Part shown: piece after piece, positions 1 to 8,960 of the stretch
How positions within the stretch are numbered: position 1 is the stretch's first letter
Layout of the letters: each line of letters opens with the position of its first letter
Source of the DNA: an uncultured virus (IMG/VR IMGVR_UViG_2775506815_000003)
Lineage: Duplodnaviria > Heunggongvirae > Uroviricota > Caudoviricetes
Length of the DNA stretch: 64,000 nt
Virus record (IMG/VR): IMGVR_UViG_2775506815_000003
Coordinates: 1 to 64,000 of that record
Direction: 5' to 3' (one strand)
Notes under the pieces: generated by a model
Told to the model about the DNA's origin: nothing
Databases searched by the model: none
The model's input: only the letters and a program-made list of their open reading frames with translations
Made by a program: the position numbers and the translations under genes

Positions 1-1638
1 TTACTTTTTTCTAGAATCAGCTCCAAACATGACAATATTTATATCTTCTCCGTCCCATATGATTTTATCTACTACGGATCTTATTAAATTTCTTTTCTGA
101 ATTACATCTGAGGTATCTATCATATTAGCAAATTTAATTATTATATCATCAACGATATCTATATTATCTTCTTTAATATTATTAGATTCCCTTTTTTCTT
201 CTAATTCGAATAATCTTTCTTTTAAATTTGAATTCTTTTTATCCAGCTCATTAATTTGAACAATTATATATTTAGTAGCATTAGATTCTTGACCTTCTGA
301 TAAAGAACCTACTAAATTGGCTATGGCTTTATCATTATCATCTATATTGGCCTTTATTTCCTTTATTTCAGCGTCCAAACTGATTTTAGCACTACTTATA
401 CTAACCTTGTCCTTTTCTATCTTTCTGGAAAGGGTAGAGCCTTTATAGGATAGTTTTTTAATCTCATCTATGACAAGCTGGTCTAAATCATTACCTTTTA
501 TATTTTTTATATCACATTTTTCTCTTTTACTCTTTTCTTTCAGCTCACATATATAATAAAAAGCTTGAACACCGTCCTTATTAACACGTCCCATTTTTGG
601 TCGCATAAAACTACCACAATTACCGCACCTTAATATACCAGATAAAAGCGATTCTGAATTTTTAACTTTCCTGAAAGTTTTAGATTTATTCTTATTAATC
701 ATATTTTGCACCCTCACCCAATCTTTTCCTCTTATTATTCCTGGATGTTTGCCTACGGCTATAATCCATTCTGAGTTATCTCTTAGCCTATTTGTAGTAT
801 TTTTCTTTTGTACAGTCTTATTATATGCCATGATACCTTTTTTACCTGTAAACTTATTTGAATCAGCATATACCTCATAATCATTATCAATGAAGTAGTT
901 ATATGTATTTTCATCAGCTGTAGCATATACAGGATTAGTTAAAATAGATCTTAGTGAAAATCTAGTATAATTTTTGTTGTTTTTAGTTTTAATATTATTT
1001 TGTATACAAAATGTTTCTAACTGAGTTAATGAATCCAATTCTAAGAACTTCTCATATATTAGTTTCACAGTTTTTATCTCCTGAGCTATAGGAGTAAGCT
1101 TAAATAATTTTCTTTTTTTTGCATTATGATCTAGATAGACAATCTCCTGAGAATCGAAGCCAGTAGGAGTAGTTCCACCAAGCCATCTGCCAGTTTTGGC
1201 TAATTGCAGCATATTATCTCTAATCCTTTCTGCTATAGTCTCTCTTTCTAGTTGAGCAAATACACTGGCTATGTACATCATTGCACGACCCATAGGAGTG
1301 GATGTATCAAATTGTTCCTTAATAGATACAAAAGATATATCATTCTCATGAAGATCTTCTATAAGAGTAGAGAAGTCAGCTATGTTCCTACTGATTCTAT
1401 CCAGTCTATAGCATATTAATACATTAAATTTCTTAGCCTTAACATCACGCATCATAAGCTTAAACTGTGGTCTATCGGTATTACCACCTGAAAACCCTTC
1501 ATCTTCATATATGGTAATGTCATCATCAGTAGAATTAAAATGTCCATAAACATACTCTTTACATAATTGTATTTGATTTTCTATAGAATCACCACGAGTT
1601 GTGAATTTCGATTTACGAGAATAAATTGCTATTTTCAT
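1..1638 (-). CDS. Large serine recombinase (SpoIVCA-like integrase of element 1)
   Basis: AIYSRKS catalytic Ser, DEGFSGG, YRLDRISR, recombinase domain, LSGILRCGNCG zinc ribbon, coiled coil. Confidence 0.95.
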   Translation of the reverse strand: MKIAIYSRKSKFTTRGDSIENQIQLCKEYVYGHFNSTDDDITIYEDEGFSGGNTDRPQFKLMMRDVKAKKFNVLICYRLDRISRNIADFSTLIEDLHENDISFVSIKEQFDTSTPMGRAMMYIASVFAQLERETIAERIRDNMLQLAKTGRWLGGTTPTGFDSQEIVYLDHNAKKRKLFKLTPIAQEIKTVKLIYEKFLELDSLTQLETFCIQNNIKTKNNKNYTRFSLRSILTNPVYATADENTYNYFIDNDYEVYADSNKFTGKKGIMAYNKTVQKKNTTNRLRDNSEWIIAVGKHPGIIRGKDWVRVQNMINKNKSKTFRKVKNSESLLSGILRCGNCGSFMRPKMGRVNKDGVQAFYYICELKEKSKREKCDIKNIKGNDLDQLVIDEIKKLSYKGSTLSRKIEKDKVSISSAKISLDAEIKEIKANIDDNDKAIANLVGSLSEGQESNATKYIIVQINELDKKNSNLKERLFELEEKRESNNIKEDNIDIVDDIIIKFANMIDTSDVIQKRNLIRSVVDKIIWDGEDINIVMFGADSRKK

Positions 1639-1640
1639 TG

Positions 1641-1685
1641 AATCACCCCATTGGTATTTATATGTTTATTATATTGGAAAGTATG
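1641..1685 (-). promoter_or_regulatory. Putative sigmaE promoter and RBS of recombinase 1
   Basis: Minus strand TCATA-17 nt-CATATAAAT then GGGGTGA RBS; 38/39 identical to 58540-58578. Confidence 0.65.
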
Positions 1686-1877
1686 AAAAAAGAAAAGCTA
1701 TTGGCATGATTTGAGTTGTTGGTTTATTGATTTTAATTTTTCTATTTAATAGTTATAGGAACACTAGGTATTATTTTTATCATGAAGTATTCTTCCTAAT
1801 CCTGTAAGTTAATCTTCATTTAAAATAGTTATTTTCACTAAAACTGTATCAGTTTTTTCATTAATAGTCCCTCTTCA

Positions 1878-1905
1878 AAACATATGTTTGTATATTATTA
1901 TAGCA
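1878..1905 (-). promoter_or_regulatory. LexA-like palindrome next to an extended -10 facing the integrase
   Basis: AAACATATGTTT palindrome 1878-1889; minus-strand TGcTATAAT at 1897-1905. Confidence 0.45.
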
Positions 1906-2039
1906 TAAACAAGTTAGAATGTTGGTAAAAAAACATTTAGAGTATATATAAAAAACTAGTAAAATTTATGAAAATGAGTTATATTATATATAGTTGGACA
2001 TATAAATAAATTGATTTTAAAGTTTTTAGGAGTGGTTAT

Positions 2040-2606
2040 GTGCTTAAAGATAAGGATATTAGGACAATTTTGATAAAAGAAATCACTAAATCAAATCGAG
2101 GTAACGATTATAGACTTGTAGAAGAACTAGCTGTATGCGATGGAGATGCAAGGGTTGATATTGCTTTAATAAATGGCAAATTATGCGGATATGAAATAAA
2201 AAGTGATAGAGATACCTTGGGAAGATTACCTAAACAAGTTAAAGCATATAATAGAACGTTCGATATCATGACTATTGTTGTTGGTGAAAAGTATAGAGAA
2301 ATGATAGAAGAAAAAGTTCCAAGCTGGTGGGGAATAAAAGTTGCCTACAAAGATAATAGTAATAAAGTATATATTGAAAATATTAGGCCTGCATCTTTTA
2401 ATGATGACGTTGATGCTCGTTCTGTTCTGGAATTATTGTGGAGAGATGAAATTTTAGAGTTGTTAAAAAATAAAGGAATAAGAGGGCTATCTAATAAGAA
2501 TAGAAGAATGCTAAGAGATATAGCCATTGAAACTATACCTCCTAGCGAGATAAAAGAATATACAAGAGAAATTTTAAAGATTAGAGAAGACTGGAGAGCT
2601 GATTAA
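2040..2606 (+). CDS. sce7726-family protein (PD-(D/E)XK-like)
   Basis: EELAV..ARVDIA..GYEIKSDRDTLGRL..Q motif. Confidence 0.75.
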   Translation: MLKDKDIRTILIKEITKSNRGNDYRLVEELAVCDGDARVDIALINGKLCGYEIKSDRDTLGRLPKQVKAYNRTFDIMTIVVGEKYREMIEEKVPSWWGIKVAYKDNSNKVYIENIRPASFNDDVDARSVLELLWRDEILELLKNKGIRGLSNKNRRMLRDIAIETIPPSEIKEYTREILKIREDWRAD

Positions 2607-3585
2607 CTACAAAAGTTATATGATGATTGGTCCCAACTTTTCTCCAAGTAGATAAATTTCCGCACTTTTCAATTCCTTTAGAACATCTAGTGAAAATATA
2701 GTTATCACCCCAGGAAAAATCTTGTCCACTAAAATCTTTGAGATTTATTAATTTTTGGCAAAGAGAAACTACATTTTCTACATCTAGGCCACCTTTTTTC
2801 GTGGAATCTCCTCTGATAACAATAAATGAATCATTAGTTGAGTACCTAATGTTAAAGGCTGGGCTCATTCCAGGAATATATTCAAAAAAGCTAGGGTGGT
2901 TAATGCAATAATCAGAGTATTTCAGCTTAATATTATATCGCTTTTCCAAATAAAGCAATGAACTCCACAGTTGGTAGTCATAACGGCTAATGTGATGAAT
3001 CTCATATTTTCCGAAAGAGCTTAATGTTTTAGGAAAAGCACTACTTGATAAAATAATATTTCTAAAAGATTGTATTTCAGGTATGTCTGGTAGTAAGGCT
3101 TTTGCAACAATCTTTTTTTCTCCAAAATTATTTTCGTTAATTTCTCTTAAATCTATTATTAAGTCAATGTTGTTATAGCCGAACTCATCCTTTAGTTCCA
3201 TCAAACTACTGTCTAAATCATCTAAATCATCGCTGGTTATTCTAATTGCTATACCATTTTTTGAGTAATTATTAGCCTCTTTTATTGCATCTTTATTATC
3301 TGACAAGAATACTACTGGAATTACATATTTGGGGTCACATTGGCTTAGCAAATCAAAATATATTTCTCCACTATTTTCTTCATAAACTTCTGGTAAAATA
3401 TCAAAATAAAAATATCTGTTCTTCCAATTATTTAAAGAATCTTTGAGCTTAGAAAAATTAAAATCGGGCGTTATTTCTATTAATGGAACTATTTTATCTT
3501 TTATAGAATCTTCCAGTTCTTTTAAAGCTCCTTGTTCTCCTTGTTTCCATTTAAGAATAGGAATATAAGTAAAATTTGTTTTCAT
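2581..3585 (-). CDS. Beta-family / sce7725-like protein
   Basis: YIPILKWKQGE N-terminus, YSDY, IRYS, FSWGD, WRKVGTNHH C-terminus. Confidence 0.75.
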   Translation of the reverse strand: MKTNFTYIPILKWKQGEQGALKELEDSIKDKIVPLIEITPDFNFSKLKDSLNNWKNRYFYFDILPEVYEENSGEIYFDLLSQCDPKYVIPVVFLSDNKDAIKEANNYSKNGIAIRITSDDLDDLDSSLMELKDEFGYNNIDLIIDLREINENNFGEKKIVAKALLPDIPEIQSFRNIILSSSAFPKTLSSFGKYEIHHISRYDYQLWSSLLYLEKRYNIKLKYSDYCINHPSFFEYIPGMSPAFNIRYSTNDSFIVIRGDSTKKGGLDVENVVSLCQKLINLKDFSGQDFSWGDNYIFTRCSKGIEKCGNLSTWRKVGTNHHITFVVNQLSSLL

Positions 3586-3720
3586 AGTAATCCCCCTTAA
3601 GAAAATAATTATAAGTAATAGTTGACAATATAAACGATAATTAAAAATTTAATATAAACATATTTAATCATCTCCTTAATTTGATTTACTTAATATATAA
3701 GAAAAGCAATGGAGATAAAA

Positions 3721-3736
3721 GCTACCCAAAGGTAGC
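3721..3736 (-). terminator. Hairpin terminator
   Basis: GCTACC-caaa-GGTAGC followed by T run on minus strand. Confidence 0.5.
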
Positions 3737-3737
3737 T

Positions 3738-4187
3738 TTATATCCCTAATGCTTCTTTAGACTTAGATCCAAGAATACCATCTACAGTAAGTTTGTTATC
3801 CTTTTGGAACTTTTTAAGAGCTTCCTTACTTTTCTTTCCCATGATTCCATCAGCTTTACCGCAGTCATAACCTAACTCATTAAGCTTTTCCTGAGCTTTC
3901 TTTATATCTTCAGATTTAGTAGAACTGGAGCTTTTCTTTGATGATGTAGTAGGTTTTTTAGTAGAAGTTTTACTACTATAAGGACAAACTCCGTCTTTAT
4001 GTAAGTGTGCAGTATTTCCACCACAGTGGTAGTGATAGCTACCTAATCCACTTTTATTCTTATTGTCCTTATGCCCACCGCTAGAATCTGTTCTACCTGG
4101 ATGACCTATAACAATAGTAGAACTAAGCGATAAAGCGACTGCTAGTCCTAATGAAGCAATCTTTTTTGATGAAAATTTCTTTTTCAT
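3738..4187 (-). CDS. Secreted YHYH-motif protein with peptidoglycan-binding domain
   Basis: Signal peptide, HPGRTD..GGH..YHYHCGG, C-terminal ADGIMG..FQKDNKLTVDG. Confidence 0.85.
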   Translation of the reverse strand: MKKKFSSKKIASLGLAVALSLSSTIVIGHPGRTDSSGGHKDNKNKSGLGSYHYHCGGNTAHLHKDGVCPYSSKTSTKKPTTSSKKSSSSTKSEDIKKAQEKLNELGYDCGKADGIMGKKSKEALKKFQKDNKLTVDGILGSKSKEALGI

Positions 4188-5905
4188 TTGAAATTCCTCC
4201 TTTGTATTTTAAATAATTTATTTGTTATCCATGAACCAAGTTTAAAAGAAACAATTGCTATAAAAAATAGTAAAAGAAGACCGATAAATGCATTATCTAC
4301 TTTTATTGCTATGAAAAGCGATAATACAGCCCACAAAAAGAATGATATTGTTATTTTTAAAATAGGAAATGATATATTTAATTTTTTTTCTGAAGTGAGA
4401 TTTGTTTTTGTATAGCTAAGATCGTTTATATAATCAAAATAATGTAAGGAACCTATATCTTCTTTATTAATTAATACCTTTCTCGGTTTACTACCTTCAT
4501 ATCCGCCTACAATGCCTCTATCTTCCATTTCATCAACAATTCTTGCTGCCCTTGCATATCCAATCTTTAGCTTTCTTTGCAACAGCGAAATAGAAGCCTG
4601 TCCTTCTTCTATTACTAGATAAATTGCTTTTGGCAATAATTCATCTACATCATAAATAATATTTTCAACTTCAACTTCGTTTTGAATGTTTTCTACAATA
4701 TTATTTTCATGTTTATTTATAAAATGGTTTACTACTTTTTTAATTTCTTCATTACTAATAAAAGCTCCTTGGATTCTTATTGGCTTTAATTCTTTCATAG
4801 AATAGAATAACATATCGCCTTCATTTAAAAGTTTTTCAGCTCCAGCTGTATCAAGTATTATTCTAGAATCGGATTGAGAAAATACCCTAAAAGATATCCT
4901 TGAAGGAAAGCTATTTTTAAAAACATTTGCGATAGAGGGTATTTGTGTAGTTACTATTAAATAAATTCCTGCAGCTCTTGCCATTTGTGCTAACCTACAA
5001 ATGCAATTTTCAATCTCTTGAGCAGATACCATCATCAAATCAGCTAATTCATCTATAATGATAACTATCTTGGACAACTTTTCTTCCTCATTATTTTTAA
5101 ATTTTTCATTATAGGAAGTTATATCCCTTACATTGTTTTTTGTAAATAGTTTATATCTATTTTCCATTTCAGCAATAGCCCAATTAAGAGCGGAAACAGC
5201 TTTTTTTGGTTCAGTAACTACTGGTATTAATAAGTTAGGGATTCCATTATAAATACTCAATTCAACTACTTTAGTATCTATAAGTAAAAGTTTTACATCA
5301 TCTTGAGTAGGTCTATATAAAATACTAGTTATTAAAGCATGAATACAAATGCTTTTTCCAGTTCCAGTTGATCCAGCTATAAGAAGATGTGGCATTTCAT
5401 CTATACTTTTAATAATTATTTTTCCATTAGTGCTTTTTCCTAATACTAGAGGTATTTCAAAATTAGTATTTTTATATTCATCAGAGTTTAATATATCATG
5501 TAAAAAAACTAATTTTCTATCATAATTTTCAGAGTTACATGTAGTATCTAATGATAGCGTTATCATTTTTATTAATATATCCCTGTCCCATAATTCAACA
5601 TTATTTGCTTCAGATAGTTCTATAGCATTGGGAGTAAAATAATTATTTGTAACTACCATACATTTATTAGCCCGATAATAATTTTTTGCACCAATAATTT
5701 CTTGTATGGCGGAAATGCCTACAGTATTGCTATATCTTTTGGCCTGGATAACTGTTCTATCCTTATCCTTTGAAATAATTAAGTCTGCTCCATAGTCATT
5801 AGAGGCTGGGGTAATTTCTACTTCATATCCTAAATTTTTAAAAAGATTAAATAAATAATTTTCAAATTCTATACCAGATAGATTATCTATACATAGTTCA
5901 TCCAT
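4184..5905 (-). CDS. Mrr-like endonuclease fused to FtsK/SpoIIIE ATPase, gamma domain and C-terminal TM helices
   Basis: EFE..DYGADL..IQAKRY; PHLLIAGSTGTGKS; IIIDELADLM; SISLLQRKLKIGYARAAR; hydrophobic tail. Confidence 0.85.
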   Translation of the reverse strand: MDELCIDNLSGIEFENYLFNLFKNLGYEVEITPASNDYGADLIISKDKDRTVIQAKRYSNTVGISAIQEIIGAKNYYRANKCMVVTNNYFTPNAIELSEANNVELWDRDILIKMITLSLDTTCNSENYDRKLVFLHDILNSDEYKNTNFEIPLVLGKSTNGKIIIKSIDEMPHLLIAGSTGTGKSICIHALITSILYRPTQDDVKLLLIDTKVVELSIYNGIPNLLIPVVTEPKKAVSALNWAIAEMENRYKLFTKNNVRDITSYNEKFKNNEEEKLSKIVIIIDELADLMMVSAQEIENCICRLAQMARAAGIYLIVTTQIPSIANVFKNSFPSRISFRVFSQSDSRIILDTAGAEKLLNEGDMLFYSMKELKPIRIQGAFISNEEIKKVVNHFINKHENNIVENIQNEVEVENIIYDVDELLPKAIYLVIEEGQASISLLQRKLKIGYARAARIVDEMEDRGIVGGYEGSKPRKVLINKEDIGSLHYFDYINDLSYTKTNLTSEKKLNISFPILKITISFFLWAVLSLFIAIKVDNAFIGLLLLFFIAIVSFKLGSWITNKLFKIQRRNFK

Positions 5906-6391
5906 GGGAATCCTCCTTCAAGCGATTTATCTATGGAAATAATTATATTATGAAACCTTAGTAATATAATGTTATTTAAATTATGTGCTAAAACGAAACC
6001 AAATATCTTGAAACCCAATTGGTGTGATTAACTTCGCACCGATTTTTTATTGCCTATATGTAACAATGGCGAATAAGAGGCTTATATTACATATAACAGA
6101 TAAATATAAAATACATAGGAGGTAGAATAAATAAAAAATATATTAATGCACAACGCTTATTTACAAAGTTTAGATGTTTAACCTATGAAAATAATTACTA
6201 TAGTTTAAAAAAATATAGTAGGTAATTGAAAAATATTAATATTTATTATTAAGTTTTTGTAACAATACATAATATGGTAAGCCGGCATTTTAAGCCATTA
6301 CAGCTAGTAGCATTTTATATATATTATAATAACTAAATATATATTGTGTTTAACTAATAAATATAAAAAAATGGACCTACAAGGCGCATGG

Positions 6392-6420
6392 TTGACACGT
6401 TTGTAGTATCGTGGTATTAT
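6392..6420 (+). promoter_or_regulatory. sigmaA promoter overlapped by inverted repeat
   Basis: TTGACA-17-TATTAT; CTACAAGGCG/CGTTTGTAG arms flank the -35. Confidence 0.55.
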
Positions 6421-6482
6421 ATCTATAATGTAAAAAACATTACATACAATTTATGATTAAGAAAATAAAAATATAATATCTA

Positions 6483-6530
6483 TTGCATACAGAACAGATG
6501 TTTGCTATAATATATTTAAACATACGTTCG
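6483..6530 (+). promoter_or_regulatory. sigmaA promoter with two LexA (SOS) boxes
   Basis: TTGCAT-17-TATAAT; GAACAGATGTTT in spacer; AAACATACGTTCG at 6518-6530. Confidence 0.75.
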
Positions 6531-6565
6531 CCACTGATTACTTACATAAAAAGGGGGTCCTGCTA

Positions 6566-6706
6566 GTGGTGGAGGATACAGAGTACATAAAGAATTTAAA
6601 CATCATGCAAAGAGCATTTAAAGATAAAAACAATAAAGAAATAGAACGACTGATAAATTTTATAGCCGATGAAGAAGCTAAACTTATTAAAAATAAAAGC
6701 AGTTAA
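6566..6706 (+). CDS. 46-aa SOS-regulated protein, candidate antirepressor
   Basis: AAGGGGG RBS, GTG start, convergent with repressor; below ORF-track cutoff. Confidence 0.6.
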   Translation: MVEDTEYIKNLNIMQRAFKDKNNKEIERLINFIADEEAKLIKNKSS

Positions 6707-6715
6707 CTTATATGG

Positions 6716-7198
6716 TTAATTGCTTTTACTATTATTATCATTATTATTTAATAGTTCTTGTATTTTAATATGTTTGGCTATTATTTCAGCTAGTTCCTCA
6801 TATGTTTTGTTCTCGTAATTAAACCCTTTATTAATCATTACTTGTCTAAATTCATCTAAGGCTTTATATTCTTTTTGAAACTCTTTTTTCAGTTTTTCTT
6901 CTTGCTTGTAAGTATTTCTTATACTAGAGTTTTCTAAGTTTTTTTTGTTAAATTCTGATTCAATATCTTCATCTTTTATATATCCTGCAGCTTTCATAAA
7001 GTCTGTGTAAGTTACATTATTTTTAGCAGTACTAGCTAATCCTTTTAATATTTCTGGGGAAGGAGGATTATCCATTTTGTTATTTAGTAATTTAGATATA
7101 TAAGTTCTGTTAACTCCACTTAGTTTGGAGTATTCAGTAGTGTTTAAGTCCCCCATAGCCTGTAATAATAATTCTTTAAAAAGTTCTTTGTCAAACAT
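6716..7198 (-). CDS. CI-like XRE HTH repressor
   Basis: N-terminal HTH (SGVNRTYISKLLN..PSPEILKGLA), divergent from cro; no S24 peptidase domain. Confidence 0.8.
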   Translation of the reverse strand: MFDKELFKELLLQAMGDLNTTEYSKLSGVNRTYISKLLNNKMDNPPSPEILKGLASTAKNNVTYTDFMKAAGYIKDEDIESEFNKKNLENSSIRNTYKQEEKLKKEFQKEYKALDEFRQVMINKGFNYENKTYEELAEIIAKHIKIQELLNNNDNNSKSN

Positions 7199-7232
7199 AT
7201 AAACCCCTCCTAAATAGTATTTTATACATAAG

Positions 7233-7347
7233 CGTGAAAATATTCAACACATCACTACGTAAAATCTTTTCACGCAATTCCGTGAAAATAGTTGACAGCA
7301 TTAAAATCGAATGATATTATGTATATACAGGGTGAAAAAAGTTAACA
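7233..7347. promoter_or_regulatory. Lysis/lysogeny switch: 17-bp operators and early promoter
   Basis: cGTGAAAA.....ACa-type boxes at 7233, 7258 (inverted), 7281, 7331; TTGACA(7292)-17-TATTAT(7315). Confidence 0.8.
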
Positions 7348-7361
7348 AAAGGAGGATGATT

Positions 7362-7625
7362 ATGATACCAAATATAGAAAAATTGCAACAACTTGTTGAT
7401 AAAAAGTTTAATGGAAACAAGTCGGCTTTTGCTAAAGCTATTGGGATTGAAAGGTCACACATATCTCATATATTAAAAGATGGAACTGGGGCAGGTGCAA
7501 TGTTTTTTGGAGCATTGATGCAGTATTGTGAGAAAGAAAATTTAAAATTTAAAGATTATATTTTTCTACCAACAAATGTGAATAAAATTAACGATAGAAA
7601 CCAAGGTAACAACCATACAGCCTAA
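7362..7625 (+). CDS. Cro-like HTH regulator
   Basis: FAKAIGIERSHISHIL HTH; AGGAGG RBS supports start at 7362. Confidence 0.75.
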   Translation: MIPNIEKLQQLVDKKFNGNKSAFAKAIGIERSHISHILKDGTGAGAMFFGALMQYCEKENLKFKDYIFLPTNVNKINDRNQGNNHTA

Positions 7626-7746
7626 TAATTATCTCACATAAGTAGATTCAAAAAAAGAAGTAAATATTGGAAGGAGTAAGATAGGTGGAAGAATACTACC
7701 TTATAGCTTTCATACAAAATTGTGTAAAACACGCAGTAACCAAGTA

Positions 7747-7775
7747 ATAGGACAAATTAATTAATTCATATAAAT
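7747..7775 (+). promoter_or_regulatory. Putative sigmaE promoter with SpoIIID-like site
   Basis: ATA-17-CATATAAAT (same -10 as both recombinases); TAGGACAAA overlapping the -35. Confidence 0.55.
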
Positions 7776-7797
7776 ATTATGAAAGGAGTGGGGAGTT

Positions 7798-7977
7798 TTG
7801 AATATTACAGTTCACTTACCAACAACTAAAGAAGGATGGCAAATGCTAAACGAAAGAATGGCAGAGATACATTCAGAATTTATAATAAACCAAATAAACA
7901 ATCTCCCCTGTAGTTATGAAGAGAAGTTAGAAATCTTAGAAGGGGTTAAGAAGAGAGTAGAGGAGGAGGGAGTGTGA
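7798..7977 (+). CDS. 59-aa protein, candidate recombination directionality factor
   Basis: MNITVHLPTTKEGWQMLNERMAEIH...; AAAGGAG RBS, TTG start; function inferred from promoter. Confidence 0.6.
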   Translation: MNITVHLPTTKEGWQMLNERMAEIHSEFIINQINNLPCSYEEKLEILEGVKKRVEEEGV

Positions 7978-8252
7978 TGGATAAAACAATGATAGTGAGT
8001 AATTTAGAAATTCTTAGCAATTATATTAAAAAGGATATTGAACATACAAATACGAGTATAGAGCATTGGAAAAAGCGTGTTGAAGAAATTGGAGAGGGTA
8101 CTATAGCATTTCCAATTGAAAATGAAACCTATGGAGAAACATTAGATAGAAGTATAGAGAATAAAAAGTATCTTATGAAACTCCTTGAGGATAACAACAA
8201 TTTGATAAATACGTTAAGGAAAGGAGAGAAAGGAAGAGATGAAACAGATTAG
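7974..8252 (+). CDS. Hypothetical phage protein
   Basis: ORF with RBS in early operon. Confidence 0.6.
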   Translation: MMDKTMIVSNLEILSNYIKKDIEHTNTSIEHWKKRVEEIGEGTIAFPIENETYGETLDRSIENKKYLMKLLEDNNNLINTLRKGEKGRDETD

Positions 8253-8355
8253 ATTGGTAGCTTTTACTTGCAAAGCTAAAGATTTACCTTCCAGACTAGA
8301 AGAAGAATTGAAGAAGGTAGAAAGGAAATTAAAACAATCTAAAAAATCAGCTTAA
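8239..8355 (+). CDS. Small hypothetical protein (38 aa)
   Basis: MKQIRLVAFTCKAK..., purine-rich RBS, overlaps upstream ORF. Confidence 0.45.
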   Translation: MKQIRLVAFTCKAKDLPSRLEEELKKVERKLKQSKKSA

Positions 8356-8426
8356 ATATTTATCTATCTACTTTAATTGTATATCCTAATTGACTTATAA
8401 ACAATGAATTGTAATGCAAGAAAGAG

Positions 8427-8960
8427 GTGAAAAAGATGTTCAAAGATGCACGATTAAAAACTGGATTAACAATCGAAGAGGCAGCGGCAAAAACTTATGT
8501 AAGTCCAAGAGCTTTGATAAATTACGAGCAAGAAAATACTACACCTGGTCCAGATGTAGCACTACAAATGAGTAAGGTTTATAAAGACCCTTGGTTAACT
8601 CAAAGGTATTGCAAAGATTGTTGTGCAATAGGACGAGCATACTCATATGAGATATTAGATAATGTTAATTTAGATCCTGCAAGTGTAATGCTTAAACTAG
8701 TTGGAGAAATGAAAGAAGCCCAAGATGTGTTAAACAATATGTTAGCTTTAGCAGTAAATAAAAATGAAAGAGAAGATTTCAAAGAGTGTGAATGGGAGGA
8801 ATTTGTTAGATATTTACATGAATTTTTAGATGTAGAACATAACGTAGAAATATTAAAGATATCACTAAATAAATGGTGTGACATGGCTGAGTTGATAGCC
8901 GAACATAATCAGAAATGTAAGTTAAGAGGGTATGTAGGAGGTGAAGTAAGTGAAAGATGA
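8427..8960 (+). CDS. XRE HTH phage regulator
   Basis: FKDARLKTGLTIEEAA..RALINYEQ. Confidence 0.75.
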   Translation: MKKMFKDARLKTGLTIEEAAAKTYVSPRALINYEQENTTPGPDVALQMSKVYKDPWLTQRYCKDCCAIGRAYSYEILDNVNLDPASVMLKLVGEMKEAQDVLNNMLALAVNKNEREDFKECEWEEFVRYLHEFLDVEHNVEILKISLNKWCDMAELIAEHNQKCKLRGYVGGEVSER

